The notes beneath the pieces were generated by a model that had not been told where the DNA came from, searched no databases, and worked only from the letters and a program-made list of their open reading frames with translations. From an uncultured candidate division Zixibacteria bacterium (GTDB taxonomy: Bacteria; Zixibacteria; MSB-5A5; UBA10806; 4484-95): DNA of 64,000 nt. Of the stretch, positions 9,429 to 18,989 are shown one piece after another (position 1 is the stretch's first letter; every line of letters begins with the position of its first letter). The DNA lies in contig CAXXKA010000003.1 in the NCBI GenBank assembly GCA_963668625.2, positions 35,000 through 98,999 of the forward strand. The letters run 5' to 3'. Made by a program: the position numbers and the translations under genes.

Positions 9429-11228
9429 ATGTCTGATAAATCATCCGCGCCGCGTTGGAATCTCGATTCGATTTTCCCGGGCGGTTCAAAATCCAAAGAG
9501 TATGCTGATTACCGGCAGGGTATAAGAGCCGATCTGGACAAGGCGAAAGAAGCTGTAGATAAGATTTATGGCAAATCCGATAGCGGCAGTTACGCCGATT
9601 GGGGCAAGTTTATCCTGATGATGCAAGATTTATATAGAAAGCTTTATCAGGCGAGCTCATTCGCCGAATGTTTGACCAGCCAGGATGTCAACGATACCGA
9701 AGCCGCCCGCATTTATGCCGAGGTTGACAGCTATGATGCCGAGTATGGTTCGCTGTTGACCGGTTTTGAAGGGTTCGCTGTTGCTTTATCGGATGGCGAG
9801 TGGGATAAATTCATATCTGCGGCCAAGCTCGATCAAATACATTTTTACCTGGATAAAATGCGCGAGCGCGCGAAGAGCAAGATGTCGCCCGAATACGAAC
9901 GTCTGGTACTCGATTTGTCCACCGATGGCTATCATGGCTGGGGCCGATTATACGATAAGATGGCCGGTGATCTTCGCACGACCTGGCAGGAAAACGGCCA
10001 GACCAAAGAAATATCGATGGGACAGCTCGCGCCCAAGTTGGATGATTCCGACCGCGAAGTGCGAAAATCAGCTTTCGAGAAACTCGAGGAAGCCTGGGAC
10101 TCGCGCGCCGAAATCGCCTCGTTGACATTGAACTCACAGGCCGGCTTCCGTCTGGCGTTATATAAAAACCGTAACTGGGATAATATCCTGTATGAACCAT
10201 TGCTGGGGGCGAAACTCAAGCAGGAATCGCTTATGGCGATGTGGTCGGCGATCAAAAAATCGGTACCGAAATTTCAGAAATATGTTGATACCCGCAAAAA
10301 ACTTCTGGGTATAGATAAATACATGTGGTACGATCAAACCGCCTCGGTCGGTAAGATGGAAAAAGAGTTTACTTTTGACGAGGCTTCGAAATTTATTATC
10401 GAACATATTGGCACGTTCAGCCCGGAGATGGGTGAATTCTCGAAAATGGCTTTGGATAATCGCTGGGTCGAGGGCGAGGATCGCTCGGGCAAGGCGGCCG
10501 GCGGTTATTGTACCGGTATGCCGATGAAAAAAGAGTCGCGCATTTTCATGACCTACACTAATACGTTCGGTAATCTCTCTACTCTGGCGCACGAGTTGGG
10601 CCATGCCTATCACAGTTATGTGCTCAAAGACCTGCCGATATTCGCTTCCCGCTACCCGATGACTTTAGCCGAGACAGCCTCGACATTCAACGAGCTTCGC
10701 GTAAAGGATGCCGCCCTGGAGTTGGCCGCCAATCCACAGGAAAAATTGATGTTAATAGATCAGAAGCTTCAGGATGGTTATATCATGCTGTGTAACCTTC
10801 ACGCCCGGTTTATTTTCGACATGAATTTCTACGAGGAACGCAAGCGAGGTCTTATCAGTAAAGAACGATTGAGCGAGATCATGCTGGATGCTCAAAAAGA
10901 GGCTTACGGTGGTACCCTGGATGGTTACCATGAATTGTTCTGGGCCTCTAAACTTCATTTCTACCTGACCGGTCAGCCGTTCTACAATTTCCCTTACACA
11001 TTCGGATTTTTATTCTCGCTGGGGATATACGATCACGCCTTGAAAGAGGGTTCGGCGTTCGCCAAAGGCTACCGCGACCTTCTGGCCGATACCGGCACAA
11101 TGATGGCCGAGGATGTAGCCAGCAAACATCTGGGTGTTGATCTTTCGAAAGAGGAATACTGGAATGATGCCGTAGCCCGCGTAATGGCCGATATCGATCC
11201 GTTCGTGGAGCTGGCCGAGAGCCTGTAA
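9429..11228 (+). CDS. pepF: Oligoendopeptidase F (peptidase M3B)
   Basis: HELGH zinc motif; AETAS, FYNFPY and GKAAGGYC motifs. Confidence 0.9.
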   Translation: MSDKSSAPRWNLDSIFPGGSKSKEYADYRQGIRADLDKAKEAVDKIYGKSDSGSYADWGKFILMMQDLYRKLYQASSFAECLTSQDVNDTEAARIYAEVDSYDAEYGSLLTGFEGFAVALSDGEWDKFISAAKLDQIHFYLDKMRERAKSKMSPEYERLVLDLSTDGYHGWGRLYDKMAGDLRTTWQENGQTKEISMGQLAPKLDDSDREVRKSAFEKLEEAWDSRAEIASLTLNSQAGFRLALYKNRNWDNILYEPLLGAKLKQESLMAMWSAIKKSVPKFQKYVDTRKKLLGIDKYMWYDQTASVGKMEKEFTFDEASKFIIEHIGTFSPEMGEFSKMALDNRWVEGEDRSGKAAGGYCTGMPMKKESRIFMTYTNTFGNLSTLAHELGHAYHSYVLKDLPIFASRYPMTLAETASTFNELRVKDAALELAANPQEKLMLIDQKLQDGYIMLCNLHARFIFDMNFYEERKRGLISKERLSEIMLDAQKEAYGGTLDGYHELFWASKLHFYLTGQPFYNFPYTFGFLFSLGIYDHALKEGSAFAKGYRDLLADTGTMMAEDVASKHLGVDLSKEEYWNDAVARVMADIDPFVELAESL

Positions 11229-11251
11229 GCATTTTATCAGAATAGTAAATC

Positions 11252-11287
11252 AAAGGCAGCCGGGTCGTGAGATTCGGCTGCCTTTTT
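11252..11287 (+). terminator. Rho-independent terminator after pepF
   Basis: aaaggcagccg...cggctgccttttt. Confidence 0.8.
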
Positions 11288-11323
11288 AGTCTGGATTAAT
11301 TTTGATATGACAAGCATTAGTAT

Positions 11324-11530
11324 TCATGATCTGATATAGAATTCCATCAGGTCTGCTAATGCTACAGCAGTCATCAGTAAATTTTGCAGCCCGGCTCGTA
11401 AAATCATCACAAGTATTGGGCTAACCCCATACATCTCTTGCATTTTGCAAACTCTTTTCAGGTGGTGTTTCCATTTCTGTTTCGATTTGAACGATTTTTT
11501 TACATACTGTTTCCATAGATGCTCATACAT
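11324..11530 (-). CDS. Possible small protein (68 aa), basic N-terminus and hydrophobic C-terminus
   Basis: GGAGG upstream of the ATG on the minus strand; no recognised domain. Confidence 0.35.
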   Translation of the reverse strand: MYEHLWKQYVKKSFKSKQKWKHHLKRVCKMQEMYGVSPILVMILRAGLQNLLMTAVALADLMEFYIRS

Positions 11531-11629
11531 TTAAAGGTCAATTCCTCCAGACCGAAAAAGTAAGCAATAAGCAAATACAACCCTTGTAGTACAGAGATAA
11601 ACTGTGCAATTCACTGAGGAGGTGAGACC

Positions 11630-11737
11630 ATGGCCTGGAAAAAGAATCAAAAAAGACAGCGCGTTAGCGGTTATACCCGCACTCTGCCTAATGGTAAGAA
11701 GGTTAGAGTTAAATCCTATCTGAGAAAATCAAACTAA
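11630..11737 (+). CDS. Small basic protein (35 aa) MAWKKNQKRQRVSGYTRTLPNGKKVRVKSYLRKSN
   Basis: Strong RBS gaggaggtg 5 nt before the ATG; followed by its own terminator; below the ORF-track cutoff. Confidence 0.75.
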   Translation: MAWKKNQKRQRVSGYTRTLPNGKKVRVKSYLRKSN

Positions 11738-11753
11738 AATTTCTCGATACGAC

Positions 11754-11783
11754 GGGGGAGCACAATCGCTCCCCCTCCTTTTT
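11754..11783 (+). terminator. Terminator after the 35-aa ORF
   Basis: gggggagc-acaatc-gctccccc followed by T-run. Confidence 0.75.
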
Positions 11784-11862
11784 GTAATCCTTCGCTAATG
11801 ATAAACAACACGTAGCAATAATCATTTTATCATCGCATGTTTATCTTGGTTATATAAATTAT

Positions 11863-12130
11863 CACCAGTGTCCGGCATTTGGTTGAGGTGCACGTTAGTA
11901 TGTCGTTTCTTCCATCCTTACGAATATAATTAGCCTCTCCGGGGTTGTTGAAAAAATCCATTGTTTATCATTCATCCTGACATATCCTGCCGATGTTAGG
12001 CTTGGTTTCCTGATTTCCAAGCGCTGCCTGGAAGCCTTCTTGAGTCATGTAGAATGCGCATTCTGCCGGCAAACAAACCACGTTGCCAAACAGCCGTTTC
12101 GCAACGAGATGGAAAGACCGGACAGTAGTG
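11863..12130. mobile_element. Chimeric MITE: family B left arm, IS1182/IS5-like end fragment, family A right arm
   Basis: Left end caccagtgtccgg; ggggttgttgaaaaa at 11941; family A core from ~11966 to ccggacagtagtg; no target duplication. Confidence 0.75.
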
Positions 12131-12149
12131 ATCGATAGTCGAATCAAAA

Positions 12150-12258
12150 TCGAAACCAAGTTTCTCGAATACATATATTTCCAAATCGGAGTTTGTAAAC
12201 AAGAAACAATAACAACGCTTCGCTTTAACCTACGCATCGGGTAAACCGGCGGTTTTTA
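12150..12258 (-). repeat. REP-like dispersed palindromic repeat (family D), with extension shared with 22119-22203
   Basis: Reverse complement cttgtt..caaactccgatttgg.aa...gagaaact..gtttcga also at 36904 and 52966, and in part at 22176. Confidence 0.75.
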
Positions 12259-12265
12259 ACATAAT

Positions 12266-12291
12266 AAAAAACCGACCCCGCGAAGGGTCGG
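12266..12291 (-). terminator. Terminator for the 3D-domain gene
   Basis: A-run followed by ccgaccc-cgcgaa-gggtcgg. Confidence 0.7.
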
Positions 12292-12323
12292 CATATATGT
12301 AATTTTACGAAAGGATAAAAAAT

Positions 12324-12863
12324 CTAACTGATGTTTCCGGATTCCGATAATGCCAGTTCAACTTTTTCGGTTGCCTTGGCTGCTTCAATCTGTTCGGGTG
12401 TCAGTATCCATACTTTACGTTTTTGACGGCCCCAGTTTCTGGCCTGGGTACGTGTCTCTACGCATATATCAAGGATTTTGCCCTTGATCATATTGCCGGT
12501 ATCTTCGGCTCTCCACCAACCAAGCCCCTCTATGAACACCATCGAACCGAGCGGAATTACTTTCGGATCGACAGCCAGAGTATGATTGGCTTTTGCGGGG
12601 ACTCCCGAGTAAGTTATACCGTGAAAACGATTCTCGTACTCATCAATGGCCAGGTAAGCGGTGATAACGAACGTATCGGGATCGCTTGCGCCTGTTTCCG
12701 CCAGATGTTGATCTACCGGCGCCGGACCGACATCGTATTGTTCCACGACAGGTGGGGGCTCTTCCGATGAATCATAAACGTTGACATAGGCAATAGCCGT
12801 AAAAAACGTTAATGATAACACCAGGCCGGCTTTCAGCGAATTGTTGTACATTTCTCTTGTCAT
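12324..12863 (-). CDS. 3D domain protein (MltA-like peptidoglycan-active domain) with N-terminal membrane anchor; start uncertain
   Basis: TAY..GITYSG, AVDPKVIPLGS, AEDTG..IKG..LDI and WGR motifs. Confidence 0.88.
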   Translation of the reverse strand: MTREMYNNSLKAGLVLSLTFFTAIAYVNVYDSSEEPPPVVEQYDVGPAPVDQHLAETGASDPDTFVITAYLAIDEYENRFHGITYSGVPAKANHTLAVDPKVIPLGSMVFIEGLGWWRAEDTGNMIKGKILDICVETRTQARNWGRQKRKVWILTPEQIEAAKATEKVELALSESGNIS

Positions 12864-13245
12864 AAGAATCAATCTCCAGTACATTGCCTTTACACTCCCC
12901 AAGCATATGGCAATAAGCATGCCATAATAAAGGTCGTTAACCGCTCTGTCAAGTCTATTGTTCCATTTTTAGCTACCTGAATGTTGCCCTGTATTTACAT
13001 TGTAACAAACTGATTTGAAGTAAGTTAGAAGTGACATCCTGATTAAGTGAGAAAGAGGATGTTTTTTATATACTGGGAAAATGTAAATTATGAATTACAT
13101 ATTGCAAGAGAATGCACAAATATGGAATCAAGATTCATAATTTATACATCATATTTAAACTTCAATTAAATAAAATGAACTTGATAATTATGATTCTGTA
13201 TAATAAAATATGGGTGGTTGTTAATGCAACTTTACTATCGTAAGG

Positions 13246-14385
13246 ATGAATATTATGCGGAGGTATCAGATGTTTAGAGATATTAAACCTGTGATCAAAT
13301 TTATGAGGGCTCTCAGCGCGTCTATCATTTTAATCGTGCCTGTATACGGCCAGCAAACTTTCGATGATTTTCTGGCGGCCGATCAGCGCGCCTACGAGCA
13401 GTTCGAGCAACGTCAGCAGCAAGAATACCAGCAGTATATCGAGGATGTTCTTAAGAAATGGAACGAGTTCAACGAATCGACGAAACGCGATTGGTATGAT
13501 TACAGCGATGATTTGGAGACATTCAGCAAAGTCGATTTTCAGGAAGGCAAAGTCACGATCGAAACACTGGTCGAGAGTGATGAGACCGATGTTATGGCGA
13601 AAGCCGGTGAGAATATTAAAAAGCAGGTTGAATCGCTTCTGCAAACCGATGAGATTTCGGAGCATCGTGTGCTGGAGAACCAGGTGAAATTCAAATCGGG
13701 TGAAGAGGTAAAACCTACAGATGCCGTGGCCTACGTAGAGCAGGAGGTAATGACCAGCGCCAAAATCGAGCCGAAGAAGGTAACGGGCAAAGATGGTGTA
13801 AAGCGTACCAGGGTAACTGCCTCGTTCAATCTGGTCCCGGATCACCTTCGCGTACGGGCCGAGAAATATCTGCCGCTGGTACGTAAATATAGCAAGCGTT
13901 ATAGTCTTCAGGTACCGTTGGTAATGGCCATGATGCAGACGGAATCGTATTTTAATCCTCGCGCGAAATCCGCCGCTCCGGCATACGGCCTCATGCAGCT
14001 CGTACCGAAATCAGGCGGGCGGGAGGCATATAAGTTCGCTTTCAAGGTAGATAAAATCGTTAAACCGGGGTACCTGTATAATCCCGAAAACAATATTCAT
14101 CTGGGTTGCGCTTACCTTGCCAGGCTCCGGGATGTCGAATTTCGTCGAGTGGAGGATGCCAATAATCAACGTTATTGCATTATTGCCTCGTATAATACCG
14201 GGCCGGGCAATTTGAGTCGGGCCATCACAGGCAACCGGGATGTTTACTCGGCAGTGGATAGGATAAACCGTCTCACGAACGAGAAACTATTCGATAAATT
14301 GAAAAACGATTTGCCTTACGCCGAAACCCGCGATTACCTGGTAAAGGTAGAGACCCGTCAGGAGAACTACCGGGAGTGGCAATAA
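13246..14385 (+). CDS. MltC-like lytic transglycosylase (DUF3393-like N-terminal region plus SLT domain)
   Basis: TESYFNP, AYGLMQLVP, NIHLG.AYL, SYNTGPG and ETRDY motifs. Confidence 0.88.
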   Translation: MNIMRRYQMFRDIKPVIKFMRALSASIILIVPVYGQQTFDDFLAADQRAYEQFEQRQQQEYQQYIEDVLKKWNEFNESTKRDWYDYSDDLETFSKVDFQEGKVTIETLVESDETDVMAKAGENIKKQVESLLQTDEISEHRVLENQVKFKSGEEVKPTDAVAYVEQEVMTSAKIEPKKVTGKDGVKRTRVTASFNLVPDHLRVRAEKYLPLVRKYSKRYSLQVPLVMAMMQTESYFNPRAKSAAPAYGLMQLVPKSGGREAYKFAFKVDKIVKPGYLYNPENNIHLGCAYLARLRDVEFRRVEDANNQRYCIIASYNTGPGNLSRAITGNRDVYSAVDRINRLTNEKLFDKLKNDLPYAETRDYLVKVETRQENYREWQ

Positions 14386-14423
14386 AATACTAGTGCACTC
14401 ATCATAGTGGTACCTCACCCATA

Positions 14424-14571
14424 GGGGTCATTGAAAAAGCCATTTGCATGAGTCGCTGGGCGGACGAAGTCCTTTATTCATCCTTTCCCGGCGACATGCC
14501 GCATGAAATCAGGTGTCAGGAAAGGATTCCTGACACCACCGTCATCCAACAAGGACTTTTTCAACAAGCCC
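14424..14571. mobile_element. Small MITE-like element with IS1182/IS5-like ends and an internal REP-like hairpin
   Basis: Imperfect inverted ends ggggtcattgaaaaagcc ... ggactttttcaacaagccc; hairpin ggtgtcagga.aggattcctgacacc. Confidence 0.5.
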
Positions 14572-14973
14572 GCTTGGTGGGGGACCGAGTATATTCATTA
14601 TGGTATGACAGCCCTGGCCCATTATCACATACTTTAATTGGAAATACGTTGAAAAAACAAACAGCGGGCGATGGGGTTCGAACCCGCTAAGGGTATGTAT
14701 GCGGAAGTACATATACACCAATAACTTACTGATATTGCAATAAGTTACGCCGATTCATAACTATACCTCAAACTATCACAGAGCGACATTTTTTAATATT
14801 CGTAGTCCCAAATTAGTCCCAACCATAAGGGCGTATTATACTTTACATGCGATATTTCCTCCTTAACCTAAATATATGAAAGCAATTATTATAATAGCAT
14901 TGACTAGATACAAACATTTAATTAAATTTTCAATCAGCTATACTTAATTATTTTTATTAAGGGGAGTAGATTA

Positions 14974-15774
14974 ATGAAAGAACCAAGCATAAAAGAAACG
15001 GCTTTTGATTGTCCTCATTGTGGGGCATTTACAACGCAATATTGGCATAATTGTTTTGTCCAATATATAAAGGGAGACGAAAAAGTACCATTTATTCCGA
15101 CTGAGCAACAATTAGATAATGTTTTAAATAGAAATAATGTTGACAATAAGGAAAAGGAAGTTTATAAAAATTTTTTCTATAAAATGAAATTAAAATTGCT
15201 TTTTCCTACAGAGCATGAATCTCCTAAATACTTAAAAGATGAAATAAACAATTTATTCCTCAGCAAATGTTATAATTGTGATAAATGGGCAATCTGGGTA
15301 AACGAGGATTTAGTTTATCCAACTAAAAAGTTTGGTGAACTTCCAAATCAAGATTTACCTCCAAGTGTCTTAATGGTTGTTGATGAAGCTCGCACCATTA
15401 TAAACGACTCGCCCAAAGGAGCTGCTGCATTATTAAGATTAGCAATTCAAATGTTGTGTAAACATCTAGGTAAAACAGGGAAAGATTTAAATTCTGATAT
15501 TGCTGAACTTGTGAGGGATGGGCTTAAGCCAACGGTTCAGAAGGCTTTAGATGTCGTACGAGTAATAGGGAATGAATCTGTTCACCCTGGCCAGATTGAC
15601 TTAAATGATGATAAAGATATTGCTATGCAGCTATTTGATCTTGTAAATATCATATCAGAACAGATGATTACTATTCCTAATAAGGTTGAAAATCTATATA
15701 GCAAATTACCTGAAGATAAATTGATAGCTATTGATAAACGTGATTCAAGTAACAATAATAATAATGATTTTTAA
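14974..15774 (+). CDS. DUF4145 (HEPN-like) domain protein with N-terminal zinc ribbon
   Basis: CPHC...CYNC; EAR....SP.GAAALLRLA; RVIGNESVHPG. Confidence 0.8.
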   Translation: MKEPSIKETAFDCPHCGAFTTQYWHNCFVQYIKGDEKVPFIPTEQQLDNVLNRNNVDNKEKEVYKNFFYKMKLKLLFPTEHESPKYLKDEINNLFLSKCYNCDKWAIWVNEDLVYPTKKFGELPNQDLPPSVLMVVDEARTIINDSPKGAAALLRLAIQMLCKHLGKTGKDLNSDIAELVRDGLKPTVQKALDVVRVIGNESVHPGQIDLNDDKDIAMQLFDLVNIISEQMITIPNKVENLYSKLPEDKLIAIDKRDSSNNNNNDF

Positions 15775-15950
15775 GTAAATAGAAAGGATAAGTATACGAA
15801 CCTGAGTGCTTATCATGCAAACCACAATTGTTACTATTGTCGCGGAATAGTCAAATCCCAAGTTGACTTGACTTACTGAACTTTCTCTTTAGTTTTAGTT
15901 ATTGAGCAGTATTATTTAAGAATACTGGTATACCTGATTAGATGGAAGAT

Positions 15951-16094
15951 TTATTTATCGTCTTCGCCTCGTTTCTTAGGTGGTCTTGGAGGGGGTATAA
16001 TCCTTTTAGCCGGAACTGGTTTACGTTTTTCATGTTTATGTGGTGGTCTTGGCCCGGGCCTTCTTACAGGTTTTTTATCGGCAGATGATTTCAT
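15951..16094 (-). CDS. Small Pro/Lys/Arg-rich protein (47 aa)
   Basis: MKSSADKKPVRRPGPRPPHKHEKRKPVPAKRIIPPPRPPKKRGEDDK; aaagga RBS; 13 nt downstream of the 16108-16545 ORF. Confidence 0.6.
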   Translation of the reverse strand: MKSSADKKPVRRPGPRPPHKHEKRKPVPAKRIIPPPRPPKKRGEDDK

Positions 16095-16107
16095 ATTTTC
16101 CTTTCTT

Positions 16108-16545
16108 TTAATAAAAATTAATCCCAATAAACGCTGCTAATAGGGAGATTCCTATAATTAAGCAAACTCCTGCTATTGTTTCTAACCCGTTGGTTAAACT
16201 TTTAAAAATGTCCGTTAGAGATTCGCTGGAAAGTTCTCCTTTTTTATCTAATTCTTCTCTAACTTGATTTATCTCGTTTTGAAAAGCTTTTTGGCTACAT
16301 TTAATTGAAATCAGATTTAGGATAATACTAATAATTAGCAATATCCATGAAACAATAAGCATTGCTTTACATTGGTTCATATTTTTACCTAGAGGGCTGC
16401 TCATAATTGTAATTGATAACGCAAGCGCCGCTCCTGCATATGTCCAAAGTAGTCGGGTATATTCTTTTCCAAGACTCTGTTCTGTTTGTATTAAATCATA
16501 ATAATGTTTTAATCCTACTTCAAAATTATCATCTTTCTCTGCCAT
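16108..16545 (-). CDS. Hypothetical membrane protein (3 predicted TM helices)
   Basis: Three hydrophobic segments; aagga RBS; island cargo. Confidence 0.75.
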   Translation of the reverse strand: MAEKDDNFEVGLKHYYDLIQTEQSLGKEYTRLLWTYAGAALALSITIMSSPLGKNMNQCKAMLIVSWILLIISIILNLISIKCSQKAFQNEINQVREELDKKGELSSESLTDIFKSLTNGLETIAGVCLIIGISLLAAFIGINFY

Positions 16546-16583
16546 TATTCATTCCTTTGTAAGATAACCAAAACTTTATATAC

Positions 16584-16655
16584 AGCGGGCGATGGGGTTC
16601 GAACCCACGACGTCCAGCTTGGGAAGCTGACATTCTACCACTGAATTACGCCCGC
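16584..16655 (-). tRNA. tRNA-Gly (CCC)
   Basis: GCGGGCG acceptor stem, anticodon arm cagc-ttCCCaa-gctg, GGTTCGAACCC T-arm; CCA not encoded. Confidence 0.96.
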
Positions 16656-16804
16656 AGTTAAACTAAAATAGTGTTATCGGGATACACCTGTCAAGAACTA
16701 ACATCATTGACATAATGGTTAATCATCAATCTATTTAAAACTTGATTAAATTGGGGGCTTAAGCTAAATTGTCAATTGACGATAACTATTTAGTAGATAA
16801 CAAA

Positions 16805-17641
16805 ATGGGGAGATACTTGAAGACTGTGCAAAAAATTGCTTTGATATGTATATTGCTTATGTTCTCCAGCCTGGCTTTGGCTGAATCCGGCCTGATAACC
16901 GGGTATCAGAATGGTTATGTCGATTGGGGCAGTCATACGATCAGGGTAAAAGGCATAGGCGAATACAACCCGAACCTGACTCCCTCGCAGTTTCGGCTTT
17001 CCGGCGCTAAAAAAGCCCGCGAGAATGCCGAATATAATCTTCTGAGTATATTAGTCTCGCTAAAATATAATTGCGAAAAATCCGTTCGCGATTTGATGCT
17101 TACCTCAATCGAGTCGGCCAATCGTATAGAGGAGATGGTGAAGGTTTATCGGATTGTCGATAAGACACGCTTGATGCCTGACAGTTCGGTCGAGATAGAG
17201 ATAGAGTTTACATTTACTCGTGAGTTGATCGATGAGCTGATAAAAGCCTCGGGTGAGAACCACAATATCCAGTACAAGCGAAATTTGCCTGAGATTCAAA
17301 CCGATCCATCAACCGATACGATATATTTCGATTGTCGGGGAATGAAAATAGAACCATCACTGGCCCCCTTAGTCGTTAACGATGATGGTGATGTTTTATT
17401 CTCGATCGGAACGGTCAATTTCGCCGCTTGCAAAGAATGCATGTTCGTGAAGTATATATCGCAAGCCCGGACGCAGAATCATGGCGGGACGATTAGCTCC
17501 GAAAATCATGAATTCATTACAGCAACTGAGATTAAAAAATGCAATATAATTATTGATGATATCGATTACGAAAATCTGATTTCATCTGAGGTACACCGGA
17601 AAGCTTTGAAAAACGGCCGGGTTATCATACTGGTCGATTGA
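16805..17641 (+). CDS. Secreted LPP20-like protein (start 16805 or 16817)
   Basis: Signal peptide; VDWG..I.V.G.G...A...A..NL pattern typical of LPP20-family proteins. Confidence 0.6.
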   Translation: MGRYLKTVQKIALICILLMFSSLALAESGLITGYQNGYVDWGSHTIRVKGIGEYNPNLTPSQFRLSGAKKARENAEYNLLSILVSLKYNCEKSVRDLMLTSIESANRIEEMVKVYRIVDKTRLMPDSSVEIEIEFTFTRELIDELIKASGENHNIQYKRNLPEIQTDPSTDTIYFDCRGMKIEPSLAPLVVNDDGDVLFSIGTVNFAACKECMFVKYISQARTQNHGGTISSENHEFITATEIKKCNIIIDDIDYENLISSEVHRKALKNGRVIILVD

Positions 17642-17651
17642 GGGAATATCT

Positions 17652-18815
17652 ATGAAATCGTTAACCGCTGCCCTGATTTTAATATCGCTAATCGGCTTAT
17701 CTTATGCCGGCGAAACCATTACGTTTAATGTCACGGGGGAGGCTCGTATCGAAAACGGGGATACCCTGCTGGCCAGGCATATCGCTATCGGCTATGCCAT
17801 AACCTCGGCGCTCGACCAGGCGATAAAACAGTTTTTGCCTAATGATGTGATCGAGGCCAATCGGGATATCATAAACCGAAATGTATTGGTAAACCATCTG
17901 GGGTATTTGAACAAGCTTTCAATAACCGAGGTGCAGGTAAAAAACAGTTCATCGAACACTTATTCGATCAAAGCCTCGATCGCTATAGAAATGAGCATTC
18001 TGAAAGCGAAACTCAAACAGAACAAGCTCTTAGATTTCCGGCAAAACCTGCCGAAAGTAATCTCTTTCGTGCAGGAGAAAAATATCGATAACGTCCACTG
18101 GCATTTTCAGATGAACACTTTCAATAATACCGAGCTTACGATATGGAAGATACTCGATCTTAAAGGCTATACCAAAGATATACAGGCTCAAGTGCTGAGC
18201 AATATCACCTCCGATGCCGAGCAAAGTTTTTACGGAGATGATAACTCTGTTATAGCCGGTCAGGCGTCAGGTATGGCGGCGGATATTATCATCGTCGGCA
18301 AATCTATTTCTCGACCTATTGTGACTTTGGAGAGTGAAGGCGATTCCATTTCGGCGGTGGCAATGGTTACAATTCGAGCTATAAGGGCCGTAGACGCCCG
18401 CGAATTAGGCTCCAGTTCCACCTCAGCCACCGTTAAGGATACATCCGAAAGCACAGCCGGCGCTCTGGCAATCGGTAAAGCCGCCGAGGAGGCGGTAATA
18501 AACCTGCTGCCTGCTTTATCGGAGGATTGGTCGAGTGGATTGGAACCGGTTGTCAGTTTCACGATGTTTGTCAGCGGGTTGAAATCATTGGAGTCACTGA
18601 TATCATTCAAAAACGAATTCCTCAACAGTGTCGATGAGATACAGAAATTCGAACGACGCACGTTCTCGAGCGGCGCGGCTGCTTACGACGTCGAATCGAC
18701 ATTGGATATCGCTGATATCGTAGCGACCTTGAAAGCGAAAGGACTGGAATCTTTCGATATTAATATCAGATCTCATTCTGAGAATTCTATAGATATTAGG
18801 GTTAAGGCAAAGTAA
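17652..18815 (+). CDS. Secreted protein with FlgT N-terminal-like domain
   Basis: VTGEA.I..GD...AR..AI..A...AL.QA pattern; central A...ADIIIVG. Confidence 0.6.
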   Translation: MKSLTAALILISLIGLSYAGETITFNVTGEARIENGDTLLARHIAIGYAITSALDQAIKQFLPNDVIEANRDIINRNVLVNHLGYLNKLSITEVQVKNSSSNTYSIKASIAIEMSILKAKLKQNKLLDFRQNLPKVISFVQEKNIDNVHWHFQMNTFNNTELTIWKILDLKGYTKDIQAQVLSNITSDAEQSFYGDDNSVIAGQASGMAADIIIVGKSISRPIVTLESEGDSISAVAMVTIRAIRAVDARELGSSSTSATVKDTSESTAGALAIGKAAEEAVINLLPALSEDWSSGLEPVVSFTMFVSGLKSLESLISFKNEFLNSVDEIQKFERRTFSSGAAAYDVESTLDIADIVATLKAKGLESFDINIRSHSENSIDIRVKAK

Positions 18816-18989
18816 TAGTGTTTCAATTGTTAAACTTTTATTAACATCAGTTGTACTTTAAAATATAATTATGCCGATCACGCTTTTAGTTACAAAAACA
18901 TTGACATCATATATCGATCAAGGTAAATAGTATCTTTTAATAAAGTAAAATAGCGGTTTTAAAATACGTAATTCCCCAAGGAGGAAAAA

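Larger units (their letters stand above)
14661..16606. mobile_element. Integrase-less mini genomic island at the tRNA-Gly 3' end
   Basis: 25-bp direct repeat acagcgggcgatggggttcgaaccc at 14661-14685 and 16582-16606 (tRNA 3' end); visibly AT-rich cargo. Confidence 0.85.

Noticed and set aside
11968-12237. ORFs 11968-12237, 11996-12202 and 40917-41159 sharing QRGLF.GRMRILHDSRR
   Set aside because: These are translations of the MITE interior; starts and stops are not conserved between copies and there is no RBS
14661-14685. Second tRNA gene
   Set aside because: Only the 3' 25 bp is present; it is the island att repeat
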